Positions 11,992-26,005 of a DNA stretch of 64,000 bases are shown one piece after another. Made by a program: the position numbers and the translations under genes. The stretch is from Paraphysomonas bandaiensis. Taxonomy: Eukaryota > Protista > Chrysophyceae. The stretch is from the NCBI GenBank assembly GCA_965644295.1, contig CBFFRP010000397.1, forward strand, positions 1 through 64,000, written 5' to 3'. How positions within the stretch are numbered: the first letter of the stretch is position 1; every line of letters begins with the position of its first letter. The notes under the pieces are model-generated. The model did no database searches. It was given only the letters and a program-made list of their open reading frames with translations, and was not told where the DNA came from.

Positions 11992-12450
11992 TCACTGTAT
12001 ACCATGCGTATATAACAGGACACACCTACTTGTCCCTTGATCGTCGCTTCCAATTTCAATATCATCATCCTCAGGCAAAACTTCGAAAGCAGATTCTTCT
12101 CTTCTCTTGGATTTCTTTTTCTTTTTAGAGGATGAAGCCTTCCGACTTAAATTCGCCGCCAAACGCGCCATTTTCTTTGTTTCCCTAATTTCTTCTTCTG
12201 CGTGTATGTGTTCCATGCACGAGTTGCCAACGTACCCACAACATATAAATATTCTTGCAAAGTAAAGCAACACTACATCTGGTAAACATACCCCAAATAA
12301 ATTTTTCAATGATAATCCCAACTTTTGAGGACTAAATACTTTATTTCCTTCACCGTCATCCTCACGAGATTCAAACCACAAGTACAATATTAATAGAAAA
12401 AGTAGGCCACCAACGACACTAATGACTGTCGCGCTGGTGTGCTGCGACAT
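11992..12450 (-). CDS. Small hypothetical membrane protein
   Basis: N-terminal hydrophobic helix (VISVVGGLLFLLILYLWF), Lys-rich then acidic C-terminal part; 3' exon uncertain. Confidence 0.45.
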   Translation of the reverse strand: MSQHTSATVISVVGGLLFLLILYLWFESREDDGEGNKVFSPQKLGLSLKNLFGVCLPDVVLLYFARIFICCGYVGNSCMEHIHAEEEIRETKKMARLAANLSRKASSSKKKKKSKRREESAFEVLPEDDDIEIGSDDQGTSRCVLLYTHGIQ

Positions 12451-12997
12451 TCTTAGATGATAAAAATATATATCGTCTTTGACATGCACCTCTATAGTGT
12501 ATATTCTCTGCTCATTATGTCCTGCGGTTGAAACTACTGTATCTACATTGGTGCTGTATGGTACATATTATATATGCTGTGTGTTTTATACATATATATG
12601 TACTGTCTACCAATGGAAGTGTTATCTATTGTGGAGAGTAAAAAATAAATGAAGCTGTATTACAATAAGAATACAATAATGTAGATGACAATACGGAAGT
12701 GGACATTTAAAAAAAAGAAAAAAAAACGATCTATGTAAAAAGCAGGATTTTCGAGAAAAAAACAAACGAAAATATCCGATCTGGCAATGTGTCCCTTCCC
12801 TGAAACAGTCCACGAAGGAATACTGTGTACAGTGGTAGTATACCCATCATGCTGTACAGTACCAATGCATTATAAGTGATTGATTGCATAACCACTGTCG
12901 GAAGTGCCATAGATATTGACTTGAGCTAGAACAAACACGCAGGCAGACGCTCTGTCGTTACAGTAACGCTAATCAACATATAGCTGTCGATCAAGTA

Positions 12998-14019
12998 ATG
13001 GAAAAGAAGACTCATAAAGCTCAAGAAGCTGAGAAGGCCTCGAAGTTGGCTCAACTGGATATAAGTCAGGGTACGATTATTATAGTTCCCTGCGTTATGA
13101 TAACGTAGCATCATTGTCTAGTCGAGGCCTCACGGTCTGTGTATGATACAATTATGGAAGAGTTTCCGAGTGAGTTTGGCAAGTCGATATCGAAGAAAGA
13201 GAGAGAAGAAAAAAAGCTATATATATCGACTCTGATATATGGCGAAATTGATTTTGACTCTTTCGGTATCAGCATTGATATTCATATATTGTGTATTTTA
13301 ATCAGTGTCAATCTGGCAGGTATATGTATTCAGAAGATCAAGCAGATATATGGCAAGCCAAATGTTGGGGCATCTGGCGCACAGGGTGTGTTACAAGGAC
13401 GTGGTGGACTTTTTTACGACTTAGGTTCTGGCATCGGCCGCGCGGTGATTGCTGCTGCTGTACTTCATAATTTTGATGTGTGTACGGGAATAGAGATATT
13501 AGATGGACTGCACCAAGCTTCTACTCTGGTACTCGAGTCATACAATTCAAAGGTACGTAATCGGTACTTCATAATGGGAGGGTATTCACTTCTCATCGCA
13601 GGGGAAAGCTGTACTTGGGCGACCTATTGACACAGGTATGTGGTTAAGTTGTCGTGAAACTCCTGTGATATATATTATATGTAGTGGTAGATATGAAGCA
13701 CGGGGATATTCTGGATATGGCCTTTAAAGACTGGCGGGACGGGGACCTGGTTTTCGCGAATTCCACCTGTTTTGATGACAATCTAATGAACAAGATAGCA
13801 GCTCTTGCCGTGGGAATGCGCAAGGGTACCTTTTTTGTGACATTCACTAAGTGTCTTCCTATATCCGATTTCGAGGTGCTTGAGTATGAGTTGCACGATA
13901 TGAGCTGGGGTGGTGCCACAGTATACATCCATCAGAAGACGACAGACCCTAGGGAGATAAATCCAGACTCAGATGACGATGATGACGACGAGAGTGAAGC
14001 CCTTCCTTCTTCGAAGTGA
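12998..14019 (+). CDS. DOT1-like class I SAM-dependent methyltransferase
   Basis: YGEI, FYDLGSGIGRAV (motif I), GIEI, GDI, FANSTCF motifs across ORFs 13139-13630 and 13684-14019, joined by short introns. Confidence 0.8.
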
Positions 14020-15696
14020 GAGTCGATAACTAGCTTATGATCATTCTTTAGTTCTGCTAGGTAGAGCAATGTCATGCTGCTGTATATTGTACCGTCTGCT
14101 TTCCGGTAGTAAAAGAGTCGATATTTACTGGCAAACTATGCCAGGAACCTGATAGAGTCGTCTTTTTGTTGGACAATCTAACTGTGAAAATAATCAAGAT
14201 AGAACACTAATAAACACGGATTTTTTCTTGTAGAGTCTCTTGTTGAGTTTTGCTGTTTGGGCAATTAAAAGCTGTAATTCTAAGGTGTTGGAATTATGAC
14301 CGTTAGTCGAAGAATACAGTAGTGATGAGCTGTATTATGAGAAGTGATATCATGACGATGTAAGATCGTACTAGAAATGAGTGGTAGTAGAGATAACGTG
14401 ATATATTTTTTATTATATTTATTATAATCTTCTCTTATCTTAACTTGATTAACGAGTAAATAAACGTCCAGTTAACGTAGTAAATCATCCAATTGTGTCA
14501 TATCTTGGCATGGTAGCGGATGGTAGTTGGAAGCAACTGCTGAAGTGTGACCATTGGAGTGTAACTGGACAGAGAAGCAGCAGTCCATACGACTTGTAGG
14601 GCTGCTGCTTCGTACAGTAGAAACATACAGTATATAGAATATTTTAAGTATTATTTATGAAAATCGGGGGTTTTCATACGAATATAAGACAGAAAAAGTA
14701 GACTGGAAAATGTGACTGACGTTGAAGTGTGTATCGTGGTTGATGACTGTATGAACCCTCTGAAGAGACCCCATGTAATTATCAGGATATCTCATGTGCA
14801 TGGAGTGTGAGCACGATGATTCAGTAATGTGTCTGATTGTGTTGATAGGGGTGTAGTGCTATTGATGGGAGTGCAAGTGACCAGGAGTCGTGTCCATTAT
14901 GACTATATATGATGATAAGAGTAGTTCCTCATGAGATAGATGGATTGCTATCGATTATGCTCGACAGGATGAAGAGTTCAACCATTTAATCGAACCATAC
15001 CGTCATGAAGCCTTCCTGTTTAGAGCTGCGAGAGTCGTAGTTCGGAAGGGTCCGCTTGTGGCTTATAGAGCCTTAGTAACTGCTGGCAGAGAGCAGTTGG
15101 AGGAGAACTCCATTGCATGTTGGGAATGTTGTATCTTTAACCAATATGTATATACGCTGGTGGCACGAAAAACCTGCGACCCGTGACGATGGGGCAGGTG
15201 GTGAGGAGCGATCGATGCCGGCTGGGGGTGGGACACTCAAACAGTTTATGGCAGATGACACATTGGGGATAGAGATCCCAAGTGCCTACCCGAGAGAAGC
15301 GTTAGCGCTATGTCTAGTAGAGAGTCAAGCGTGTGTGTCCCTAGCAGGAGTAACGCTGCTAACCCGACTGCCTCAGGCAAAAAGGGTACGCACCCGAAGA
15401 GTTGTGACTAATGTGTCCACTCTGGGTGAGATCAACTTCCTATGTGGGGAAGATGCCGTTCACCAGTGGAGACCAGTGAGAAGAGTGTATGAGGCACATG
15501 TGTATGTACTGCATCGACGGCGTCTGGGGAGACCAGTAAGAGTTGTGTTGGTACTGTTCGTATTATATCTAGTGAGATTTGTGTGAATTCTGTCTGTGAG
15601 ACACTGTACCTGCTGAGTCTAGTAGGGAAACTTGTGTGGTAAGTGTACGGGTGTTGACTAGTGTGTCCACCCTGGGTGAGGTAAACCTTCTATTCT

Positions 15697-17487
15697 ATTA
15701 TCCTCTACTATTTAGCGCTACAGAAGCTGCTTGTGCGTCGCCGCAAGCACCAAGGTGCGACCACTTCCGTTCTTAATGTTGTTTGTGCGTTTCGCCCTGC
15801 TCGTGTGTCTTTGGACGCGTTGTCCGGGGGTCTCCCCTTGGGATGAGATTCCACCAGGCTCTGAGGTACGAGGTTCTGTATTAAGGTCCTGAGTGTACCG
15901 AGCACTAGATGTGTGTGCTGAGAGGTGGATGGTGTGGTGTAATGTGGCGTTGTCGCCATGCACCGTCTGGGCGTCAGGCATATGTGGAGTTGCCGGAGAC
16001 GGCGTCGCCGCTGTCTAGGGCCTGATGGTTTCATGCGGTCCGGTGCTATTTTCCTGTGTGTATGAGTGGTGGGGTTCGTGTGTGCAGTGGGCGGTGTTCC
16101 AGTCTCGGTTTTCGTCTGTGGATTCCTAGTAATCGTAGCACCCTTGGACGTTTCCATTTCTGTCTATGTTTTGGACGCCTTTGCGTTAGTAGCCTCGGGG
16201 GTCCTTTCTGTGGGGTGACGTATCGTCTACTTCGATCTTGGATCATGAGCTTTGCTGCAGCGAAGTAATCTGATGACCGCTGATTCGATGCTGCGCAGTC
16301 CTTGGGGTGTCAGTGACTCATGGATGTGATCTCCAAAACCGTCTCGAGTTGTGCAGTTGTGATGGTACCCGTCCAGAATCTCTCCACCTGCGGAACGGAG
16401 GGATTCCAGGCCCTGCTGGAGAGCCGCTGTAGTGCAGTGGTGGTTCATTGGGGTAGTACCGGATTTCTCAGTTCTTCGTGAAGCGCGTTTTTGTGACTGT
16501 GAAATGCAGACTCCCTTATCTGCGTTATGGCGTCATTTGTACAGTCTAGACACATGTGCTTGAGTGAGTCTAGTCAAAATCCGCAGTCAGAACATGCGGC
16601 TTTAGCCAGGTCGAGTCCGTGTTTGGTTTTAGCCCGGTTTCTTCCTATGCTGAAAGATTTGTCCCATGTCAATGCTGCATTGAGTACTCGCTGGCGCAGG
16701 TGGGAACTATCTTTATCCTTTGATGGACCACCATCTGCTTGTGCCAGTTTGCGCGGAAGTAGTGCCCCACTGTCTGTCCAATATCCAGGTGCCCGGTCGG
16801 GATTGTGACCGTAGCGTTGGTCTCTGAGGGCAGTGTATGCCTCCAGCGTCCGTTGACTGCGGAGGGATTGGAAGTCCGTGAGCAGGGCGCTCGCGCGATG
16901 CGGCCGTCGTTTCCCGGTTAGGCGCCAGTGCCATAAACCCTCGGTGAGTATTCGCTCAATTGTTTGGTCCACTTCTATGTTACAGACAGTGTAATTTTGT
17001 CGTCCCAGTAGTATATCTACCTCAAGCCAGTCCTCTCCTGCTACTGCGTCGGCAATGTAACTTTCTTTGTCTTCATATGTCCATTCAGATTCATCCGAGG
17101 TACGTCGTTCGGGGTGTGATCGTACCCATGCTACGTTCCTTTTGTACAATCGTTATTTGCTGCAATGCTTTCGAGCAGTACACCTTTGGCACGATGTCCC
17201 AGTGCCCGACGTCTGGTAGAAAGTGCTTCGTGTGTGCGTGTGCATACGGCCTTACAGTCCGTGTTTATCGGTATGTGTGCAGGGAGCCGCGCAGATAGCA
17301 GCCCCCATGAGTTCGTATGCATACGGGCCAAGTCCAGGGACGTCGCTGAAGGGTGTCTCTAATCGCAGTATTTTTGTGGTACCGGTCTTCCATTCATCCT
17401 CCGGGGGGAACCAGACGGCCGCCGCTCCTCCATGATGTATCCATCTTATGCGTGGGTGTACATGCGTGAAGCCGAGAAGGTTCATAT
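15697..17487 (-). mobile_element. LINE remnant of the RNase H-bearing family
   Basis: GGAAAV, YELMGAA, NTDCKAV, WVRSHPERR, YIADAVA, CSDCGF knuckle and PKGRPPD; homologous to 5535-7838; 3' UTR hairpin at 15728-15749. Confidence 0.88.
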
Positions 17488-17529
17488 CCTTCTAACAATA
17501 CCCCTATGACTCTACCAACAAGATAGGTT

Positions 17530-18082
17530 CTAGCAGAGTCCTGCATCTCAACATTTCAATGCAGATTTAAGCTTAGTAATAGTAAGAAGGAAGTTTAGAT
17601 TATTATGTTGGAAATTGCTCATTCTTAACTAGAGATCTCAGAGTTAATTTGTCGTTAGACTAGATAGATTAATTAATATCGTTTACACGAAGTTGTAGTA
17701 AACAACACAATCTCATTTTGTTCCACGCATAATCTTCTACATCTGTAAACCTCTCGTTACTTGACATATCTTGAAAGATCAAATAATTTCAGTTTCTCAA
17801 TTTCATCACAACATTTGCAATTACCTACGAAGAATAATGTAAGAAGACAATATTACATCATCGCGCCCAATCGCTATCGCAGTATCCTGATAATGTTATG
17901 ATGTGGGATCCAGAATATATCAATCCTTGCTTTTAGCAGTGTCTTTGAGGTACCTCAGGACATGATGATGATGTAACGCAGCATTATTACAGGTAGTAAT
18001 TGAGTACCTTGCCTTCGGGAATGTTCAAACCAGCAGGAGGGCGCATGTAGATGTCTTCTTTCTCAATGTCAGCATTTATGTA
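17530..18082 (-). mobile_element. Second Copia fragment, reverse orientation
   Basis: Minus strand reads YINADIEKEDIYMRPPAGLNIPEGKV (Copia RT); LTR-like AT-rich sequence near 17530-17700. Confidence 0.65.
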
Positions 18083-19678
18083 GTAGTTAAAACTGACCAG
18101 TCAGTTGGATCGGTCAGTTGAAGAGTTCAACCACCTGATTGTGGCTCGTATCATCATGATATTATAAACAAAGGGTTCCTCTTCAAGGCTACGAGAGCCG
18201 TGGTGCGAAAGGGCCTGATTGTGGCGTTTAGAGCGCTGGTCACTGCCGAGAGAGAGTAGCTTTTGAAGAGAAGGGATATTGCCTATATAAGCATAATATT
18301 ATAAGGGATATTGCCGAGTTGACTCTGGCCAATATATTAACCGCAGGGGCTGTACATAAAACCTCGTTCTTTTGTAACGACAGGAGAGGTGGATTCTCAT
18401 CGATGACTTCTTTGAGTGACACGCCCAACAAGTCTACGGCAGATGAAAGTTCAGGGAAGTGTATGTCCCTTGGTATTTTGCCAAATAGAGCGTAGTGCAG
18501 ATGCTGTACCAAGTGGGGCCAGCGGAAATAATTGTGTCTGTAAAATGTACCTTTTGTGTTTAGTGAGACTAGAGCGGTACTGTATATTTTGCTGAGTCAG
18601 GGGGGACCAGTGGTAAGCGTACGCAAACCCGAGGGGTGTTGAATAATGTGTCCACCCTCTGGGTGAGGTAAATCTTCTCCATCATGATGATGAGGAGATT
18701 GCTAACTTGTGTAATGAGAGTGATTATGCGCTTATGACTATAACTCATCTACTAATTATAGAGAGCCTGAGACATAGGAACAGTCTTTGTATTGTGTCCT
18801 GAAGCTTCGAAGTGGATGGAGGCAAGAAGGTTGGAACAAAATGTTTATTCAAGTGGGAAGCAATCAATCGATGTCGTAGAAACTCCGTCTGGTGTTCAAC
18901 CTTTAAAGTTCAGATATGTTGTGTTTAAGCAAAAATACAATAAGGATGGTTCAATAAAGAAATATAAAGCTGCACTAGGATATGGTCAACGGTCAGGTAT
19001 CCATCCACTTGACGGGTCCAATAATGTATTCTGCTATGCTAAAATCGAAGGAGATGTGTACATGGCGGTCCACTCACCTGGCAATTTATTCATAATAAAT
19101 TACAGGTTACTGTGTCTACGTCTTCAATGCAGAGTGAGTATCAGGCTATGTACGCTGGAATGTAGGAACTGGTGTGGCTTCGAGGGTGTTGGCCGAATTA
19201 GGACTTTGACTGTACGAACCCACTCCGTTCTTCCTAGATAGCCAGAGTGCCCGTGATTTAGCATTAAATAATCCCGCGTTCCACTAAAGATCAAAACACA
19301 TTGAGATCAAATACTACTGGGTGCGAAAACATGTAAATCCAGAAGGACCATTTAACACTGCAATTTTGTATCACGTTGGAACTGACGACCAGACAGCAGA
19401 CATATATTATTTACGAAATCTCTGTGTGGTGTGGTTTATTATAGAAGCACAGAAAGAGATGTCTAGGAAAAGATCAGAAATCATCTGTGGAGGGCATCAG
19501 CGAGAATTCATGCAAGCGTAGTAGAAGTTCATAAACATGTTGTCTATATGGTCAGGCTAGCTAAAATGTCGGAGTCATATGTCCACCTGTTTGTCCTAAC
19601 TGGTTTCGGTGGTTTCGTATCCGTCAGGTATGCCTTGTGAAGTTAAGAATCTGTCTACAGCTTTGAATTGAGAGGGAG

Positions 19679-19984
19679 TGTTGAGTTTTGCTGTTTGTGA
19701 GCAATTAAATGCTGTAGTTTCTAACCGTTACTCAAAGAATACCGTATTATGAGTACCAATGATATGATAGCTATTGTAGTTCTGAAAATAAAATATAATG
19801 ACTATTATACAAGATAGTGACGATGTAAGATCGTAATAAAAATGGTTGGTATAGTAGAGATAAATCGAATTGGTGAATGACAATGAATGATGAATGATAT
19901 CTCTTATAATTTATAATTCTCTGCTTAAGTGTTTATCTAAGCTCTCTTACTAAGTTCAACTACTAATTATGTCGTTGTCTAACA
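19679..19984 (+). repeat. Copia 3' LTR (306 bp)
   Basis: TGTTG...AACA ends directly after the PPT; closely similar to the solo LTR at 37674-38008. Confidence 0.85.
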
Positions 19985-20540
19985 TGGTGGAAAATTTTAA
20001 GACCTATTGCTAACAGTAAGACTTTCAATATAGAGACTCTGGTATCTCATGAGAACTATGCCATGATAGCAATCATAGTAGTGAAGCTGAAATATATTGA
20101 CCGTATAAGATCGTGATGATTGGTAGTTGAGACAATATGAATTTGGCGATTGACAAGTGATACTGATCATAAGTTTGTTATATGTTACTATATGTTTCTA
20201 ACTTATAATCTAAGCATAGAGTGAAAGTATTGTTCGGTTTTATCATTTTCTCTTATGTACCTGTAGCGTCATCATTAACTAATGAGTTCCAGCACACTCT
20301 ATCCCTGTGAATTGAAGCTAAAAAGTGTAGGAAGAGACACACTAACATCTCTACAATACAAAATAAGCCCTTCAATTCCAGATATCGACAGCTAACGACT
20401 TGCTCTGGTTAATTACAAAGAATAGGTTTTAGCACACTAACTTGCTGTATGAAGCGCGTATTCGACGAATATCATCATATTAAAATTCTTTTACCCAATA
20501 TTAACCATAAGCTGTGCAGATTATGAGATTTTTGTCCTTT

Positions 20541-21372
20541 CTATCTCGCGCCAAGATTCTGTCGCCCTCCATCGATCGCAATGCACTCGCCAGTGATGAA
20601 AGCTGCATTCTTGGAAGCGAGAAAGGATATGAGCTCTCCGACTTCCTCAGGTTGAGCCACACGGTTGAGCGCTTGTGCAAGGGGGTGAGTAACGCTTATA
20701 GACCTCTCCAAAAACGCAACATAAGCTTCCTCTAATATTGAGACATACGTATTAGTGATAAACATCTACAGTGAGCAGACCTTTACCATTCATACCACCC
20801 CGTCTCTGAAGAGGGGTCTCTACCACACCCGGATTTACAACATTAACTCGAATATTAAATGGGGCAAGGTCTAAACTGGCACATCTTGAAAGGTGGTCAA
20901 CGGCTGCTTTCGAGGCACAATACGTTGCGCAACCCTTGAAGGCTTGCTTTCCGTTGACCGATGATATGTTAATGATAGATGGAGACTCTGAGCTTTGCTC
21001 TTTTAAAAATGGAATGGCATGCTGCATTATTTCAAACACGGCTTGTACATTGGCTCCAAAATTATATTTGAAGTTCTCAAGCGAGGCAGTGTCTATACCT
21101 CCGCCCTGAAGCACGCCTGCGCTGTTCACCACTGTGGTAAGTCCTCCCATCTCCTCGTGCGCAGAATAAACCACACGATAACATTCGTTCTCACCCGTCA
21201 AATCGGCAGTGGCGTATCCCGCAATAACATTCTCTTGCTTCAGAGCAAGCAGAGCCTCTTCGTTCCTCCCAACACCAAACACTTTCGCTCCGTGCCTCGA
21301 CATCACCACTGCTGTGCTTCGACCTATGCCACTAGAAGCACCGGTTATCAATACTTTGCACCCGCTGAGCAT
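20541..21372 (-). CDS. Short-chain dehydrogenase/reductase (classical SDR), one intron near 20740-20787
   Basis: [30 protein letters not shown], then [11 protein letters not shown] in the second exon. Confidence 0.93.
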
Positions 21373-21697
21373 ATTTGAGTTTCAAGAGGTAGGAGAGGGC
21401 AATATCTTTTGAGCGATGTGATGGTGAGCTGAACTGCAGCATGCATACTTGTACTGCTGCTATATCTACAGTACAGCAGTAGATAAACATACACTGTAGA
21501 TACAGTACCGGTATACCGAAGTCCACCCAAATGAAAGCATACCAAAAAACCGGGTTTTTATCGACCTGATATCCATAGATACACTGCTGTATGCTGCTCT
21601 GCTCATGTTGGACGACTGTGTGGCATACCTCAACATCAGGCAGTACAATCATTACGCTGGAAAGAGACTCCTGTCAGTAGCGACTCCCCGTCGTGTG

Positions 21698-24600
21698 ATG
21701 TACTTGCTCACTTTTCTACTACTGTCCCTGGTCGTGTCCGGTGTCATTCCCGTTTCCAGCGTACAGTGTCCCTCGAACAGTGTGATAGATAGCCTGGATA
21801 TATTGTTCCCTAAGGAGGGGACATGGGTGGAGCCCACGCTATTCATCAAGATAGCCGCTGAGGTTTATAATGTCACTGATGTCAGGGAACGGAACAAGAA
21901 GTACACGCTCTGTGTGGGGCTGCTAGGGGACGAGACCTGCAGGCTGAGTGTGTTTGATGAGTTTCGACTGGAATTCAAAGCACCGGGAGAGGCGGTGATA
22001 TCAGTTTCCTTTTGTACAGAGAGTATGGTATGTTTCTGTCATGTTCGAAGAAAGGTGCATTGCTGTCTGAATGAAAGCACCGTCGCGGATCATAATATGC
22101 AAAAGCGGAAAGAGAGTATCCAACGAGTGAAGTTATGGGAGAGCAAATTGAAGCCTATATATTCTAGTGAAGCTGGTAGAATGTCGCCGTGGTCGTGCAG
22201 GTATTTTTTGGTTTGTATATTTGTGTATATGTTAGAAATATCGTAGTGGGAGGAAGGATATTAGGACTGTAATCGGAATCAAGTCTGCAGCTCTTCACCT
22301 ACCTCAACGAGAGATGTTGAGATCGACATGGATGACCTCATTTGGTTCCCGCTGGGAAACGCACGGTGTTTGTGCAATGTTCATAATAGGTTGGTGTAAT
22401 GCTCTACGTGGGCAATAAAGTGTAATATGTTGCAGGTAACAGCGATGTCGATGATATTTTCTCTTCTTTATTCCTGGAGCACGACTTGTATATGGACACT
22501 TTATTGGGCTCAGAGATTCCAGTTGCAGATTCCTACCACACCCTAGTGGACAAGTCATTAAAGTTTATGACATGGGTGGTGAATCTGTTTCCGGATATGG
22601 AGTATGTTGTAATGAGTGATGACGATGTATACATCGTTATGGACAGACTAATGGTTAGCCTCAAACAGGCTCCCACAGAAAGGCTCTATACAGGAGAGGT
22701 AAACATTGAGTACTCATGTCTTTTAAAATTCTGTATCATGTACTACATACAGGTGTATTCTGATGCGTTGAAACACGAAATGAAGCCACAGCGGCACCCA
22801 TCGCATCCCAATTACCTGCCTCACTCTGCATATCCTTTGTCTGTGCTCCCGAGTTTCGCAACAGGAAATCTATATATTATGTCAGGAGATTTGATACGTT
22901 ATATTGTACGCAATAGAGATGCTCTCAGACCCACAGGAGATCTTGAAGATGTCACAATGGCCGTGTGGATGATGGGTCTACAGGTTTGACCATGCACCAT
23001 CCTATACGACATAGATCATTACTTGGTGGCATAGTCACTTTTTAGTAATGCATAAAACATGTATCAGTGACTTTTTAGTATAGAAGAGGACTAAAATTTG
23101 TATATATGTAGGTTTTTCCTAAACACAACGATCAGATACAGCCTTATACATCGGCAGTTGAAACCATCCGTGCTGCACTTGAAGAGACTAAAGAGAATTG
23201 TGGAGACAACATACCTCTCATGGGTGTATATATGGTAAAGTCCAAGGAACAGTTTCAGCACCTTCACTCTGCTTTCACGGCGTCGTATGAAACTGGTTCA
23301 CCCTACTTTTCGTCTGCAAGGTGCCAAAATTCTGATGCCCTTATGGTTGCAGTTTATCTCTCAAGTCTAGACGATACTTCTGCTAATAGACATGCCCTAT
23401 CATGGGCGAATAGCGCTGACGAATGCACCGTGGTAGAATTTGTATCCGAAGCTGTGGATGGAGACGCTGACTTTTTTAATGCTATTAGCAACAGCGCGTG
23501 TGCATTGCGCATCCTCCCATCTATAGACTTCCACACCGAGGAATGGAGACACTATTTCAGCGGAATTGATGTATTTGTTATTCCGCTCTGCTTTCCATTG
23601 GAGCAGCGCTGCCTCGATCTCACCTGGGGAGCTACATCTTTAGTAACATCCTTTGCAGGTCCGTTGACGGCTCTTGATGTCTCCAACCCCGGGCTAATGG
23701 AAAGCGTTGATGGGAAGTCATCAATTGCTGGGTTGCTGTCAGCTGTCATGACGACATCGTTGACAGCTACAAATACAAATGCTACACATGTGTTAGATGC
23801 AATCCTTGTGAGTGTGCCTGTCGTACAGTATGTATGCAGTAACATATATGGTACTTTAGGTAGCAGAGCGTGACGAATTCGTCAGGTATCTTGTTGATTC
23901 TGAGGTCAGTATGGCTTGTGTCGTTTCGGTAGACTCAGTTGGTGCTGTAAAAGAATTACTGAGAGTGTCTAATACACACCCTTTTTGCGCACCTGACACA
24001 TCGGACTTCGGAGTACATACATTTAGATACCTTTACCATCAATTCAGCTGCCGACGAACACCACAAAGTCTCAGGGTTGGTCCAAATATTAAGGTGGGAT
24101 CTCTCATCACTGTGAAGTTGAGTCACAAGCAGATGTGGGTATCATCTGGTGCTGCGTACGCCGTCGGTGTGCTAGAGCATCTGTTTTCCCGTTGCTTTCC
24201 TTCTACAGTCGTCGACGTGTTTTTGTTTTCTCATGATCAGAAGGGTGGTGAAATACGTGTGACCGCACCATATGCTAATGTTGCAGGAACAGCATCCGCA
24301 CCAGATATATTGGTATTCAGCACGCTTGATTGTCAGAGCTTTGTACCGGGTAGTACTGTACATCAGTGGCCACGAGAATGTTCAGAATGGATAGTAAGTA
24401 TACAAAAATACTTTTCTAATAGACCGAAAGTTATAGTAGTCAATGGTGAGCCTGTGCAATACGGAGGTGGACTTGAACCTCTTAGAAGTTGCGGCAGCAT
24501 GGTACTCATACTGAACTGCTTCACTGATTCTAGTCATTTTCCGTTGCAGCGTGGTTTCAATATTCCCTTTCTACGATTCTCCTATCTTTCTAACGCAGCG

Positions 24601-25284
24601 ACATCTTTCGGAGAGATGCAATCGCCGAGGTTTTCACCAGAAAGTCTACTAAATTCTAGAAGTCGAGAATGGGCGATACAACAGCTGTCGTCGAAATCTC
24701 GCTCTGTGGCCTACATGTACTATCGGTGTGATCGTCCTGAACGGGAAAAGATATTTCGCATCCTTAGTGCAGACAACTCTCTTGATGGTGTAGATGCCCT
24801 AGGCGCCTGTCACGGTACTGGAGAAAGAGATACACCACATGATAATCCCAATAAGCACATCAATGATAGATTCTCCTCGGACTATCTTGCGTCAGCTGTA
24901 AACTCTTACAGACATTATAAGTTCGTAGTTGCCTTTGAGAACACTATATTGGACGGTTATATAACAGAGAAGCTTACGAACGCTTACCTTGCAGGTGCTG
25001 TTCCAATATACTACGGCGCCCGCAATGTGAATTTATACTTTTCTGAAGACTCCATGATAAATTGTAACACGTTTTCTTCGCTTCAGCTTTGCGCTGATTA
25101 TATCTCGGAAGTGAATAGCAACGATGCATTGTATTTGTCGTTGTTGATGTCATCTCCATTTATTAATAGTACACAGTGGTGCAGGTTCTTTCAGTGGCAT
25201 CCCGACACTCATACGAGATGTTCACATAAATTCATAAGCAATTCTGTTTTAGATCTCAGGAATGCACTGAAAACTAAAGCTTGA
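21698..25284 (+). CDS. Secretory-pathway glycosyltransferase with a GT31 (galactosyltransferase) domain and a C-terminal GT10 (alpha-1,3-fucosyltransferase) domain
   Basis: Signal peptide/anchor; GT31 motifs RSTW, DSYHTLVDKS, DDDVY, GNLYIMS, EDV; GT10 motif YKFVVAFEN...DGYITEKL..AYLAGAVPIYYG. In-frame introns 22984-23111 and 23828-23885 link the ORFs. Confidence 0.8.
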
Positions 25285-25759
25285 TATATTAAATGCTTCG
25301 ATAACTATTGATTTTTGTTTGAGCTGTTGAGTTTGCTTATTTGTAAGCAATAAAATGCTTCTTTTACGTTTTTAATAGTATAACGTCACTTGAAAAATGT
25401 TGAGTTTAGTTTATCGTATCAACTTTTGACGTAATGGATGGTGAAATAACACTTGAGTAACTGAACTTGAACTCAGACAGTAATTAATTGTTAAAATTAT
25501 GATCGTCATCTCTCATCATTCATTGATATTCTCTGCAATTATATTCTCTCAACTACCAACAATCACTATTAGGATTCATTGATTCACGTATATCCCTTAA
25601 CGCGTGAATACAACACAATATACAATGAAATATCACATAGACTGAATAATTACCAAACTATATATGATACGCAACTGTACAAGATACGCACACGTGTGTG
25701 GTGCTAACGCTCTGCTCAAACGTGTCTTGCTATTGTACTATTAGGCCTTACCTTTCAAT

Positions 25760-26005
25760 CTTTATCTCTAATAATACCAAGTGTATCTACTAAATACCAA
25801 GACTAGCTTTAAATCTTATTTATCACTATTATCAGATTTTAGATAGATACGATATTATACAGTCTACAGTCAATATATTTCAGTTTCACTACATAATTCA
25901 TATTATCATTAGTTCATTTTATACTGTTAACCAGTACTGTATTTTCTTCAAGTAATGGTCATAATTCAAAATACGTTAGAACTACAGCTTTTGATTGCTC
26001 ACAAG
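25760..26005 (-). repeat. Copia LTR copy, reverse orientation
   Basis: ACAGTCAATATATTTCAGTTTCACTAC...GAACTACAGCTTTTGATTGCTCACAA is the reverse complement of the LTR at 37674. Confidence 0.7.

Larger units (their letters stand above)
14241..19984 (+). mobile_element. Degenerate Copia retrotransposon region with nested insertions
   Basis: LTR-like start TGTTGAG at 14241; RT remnant FKQKYNKDGSIKKYKA (18792-19241); RNase H remnant KHIEIKYYWVR...QTADI; PPT GAGAGGGAG followed by LTR 19679-19984 (TG...AACA). May be a mosaic of several copies. Confidence 0.75.

Noticed and set aside
19985-20000. TGG after the LTR as a primer-binding site
   Set aside because: Does not extend into a recognisable tRNA 3' complement, and this LTR follows a PPT, so it is a 3' LTR.
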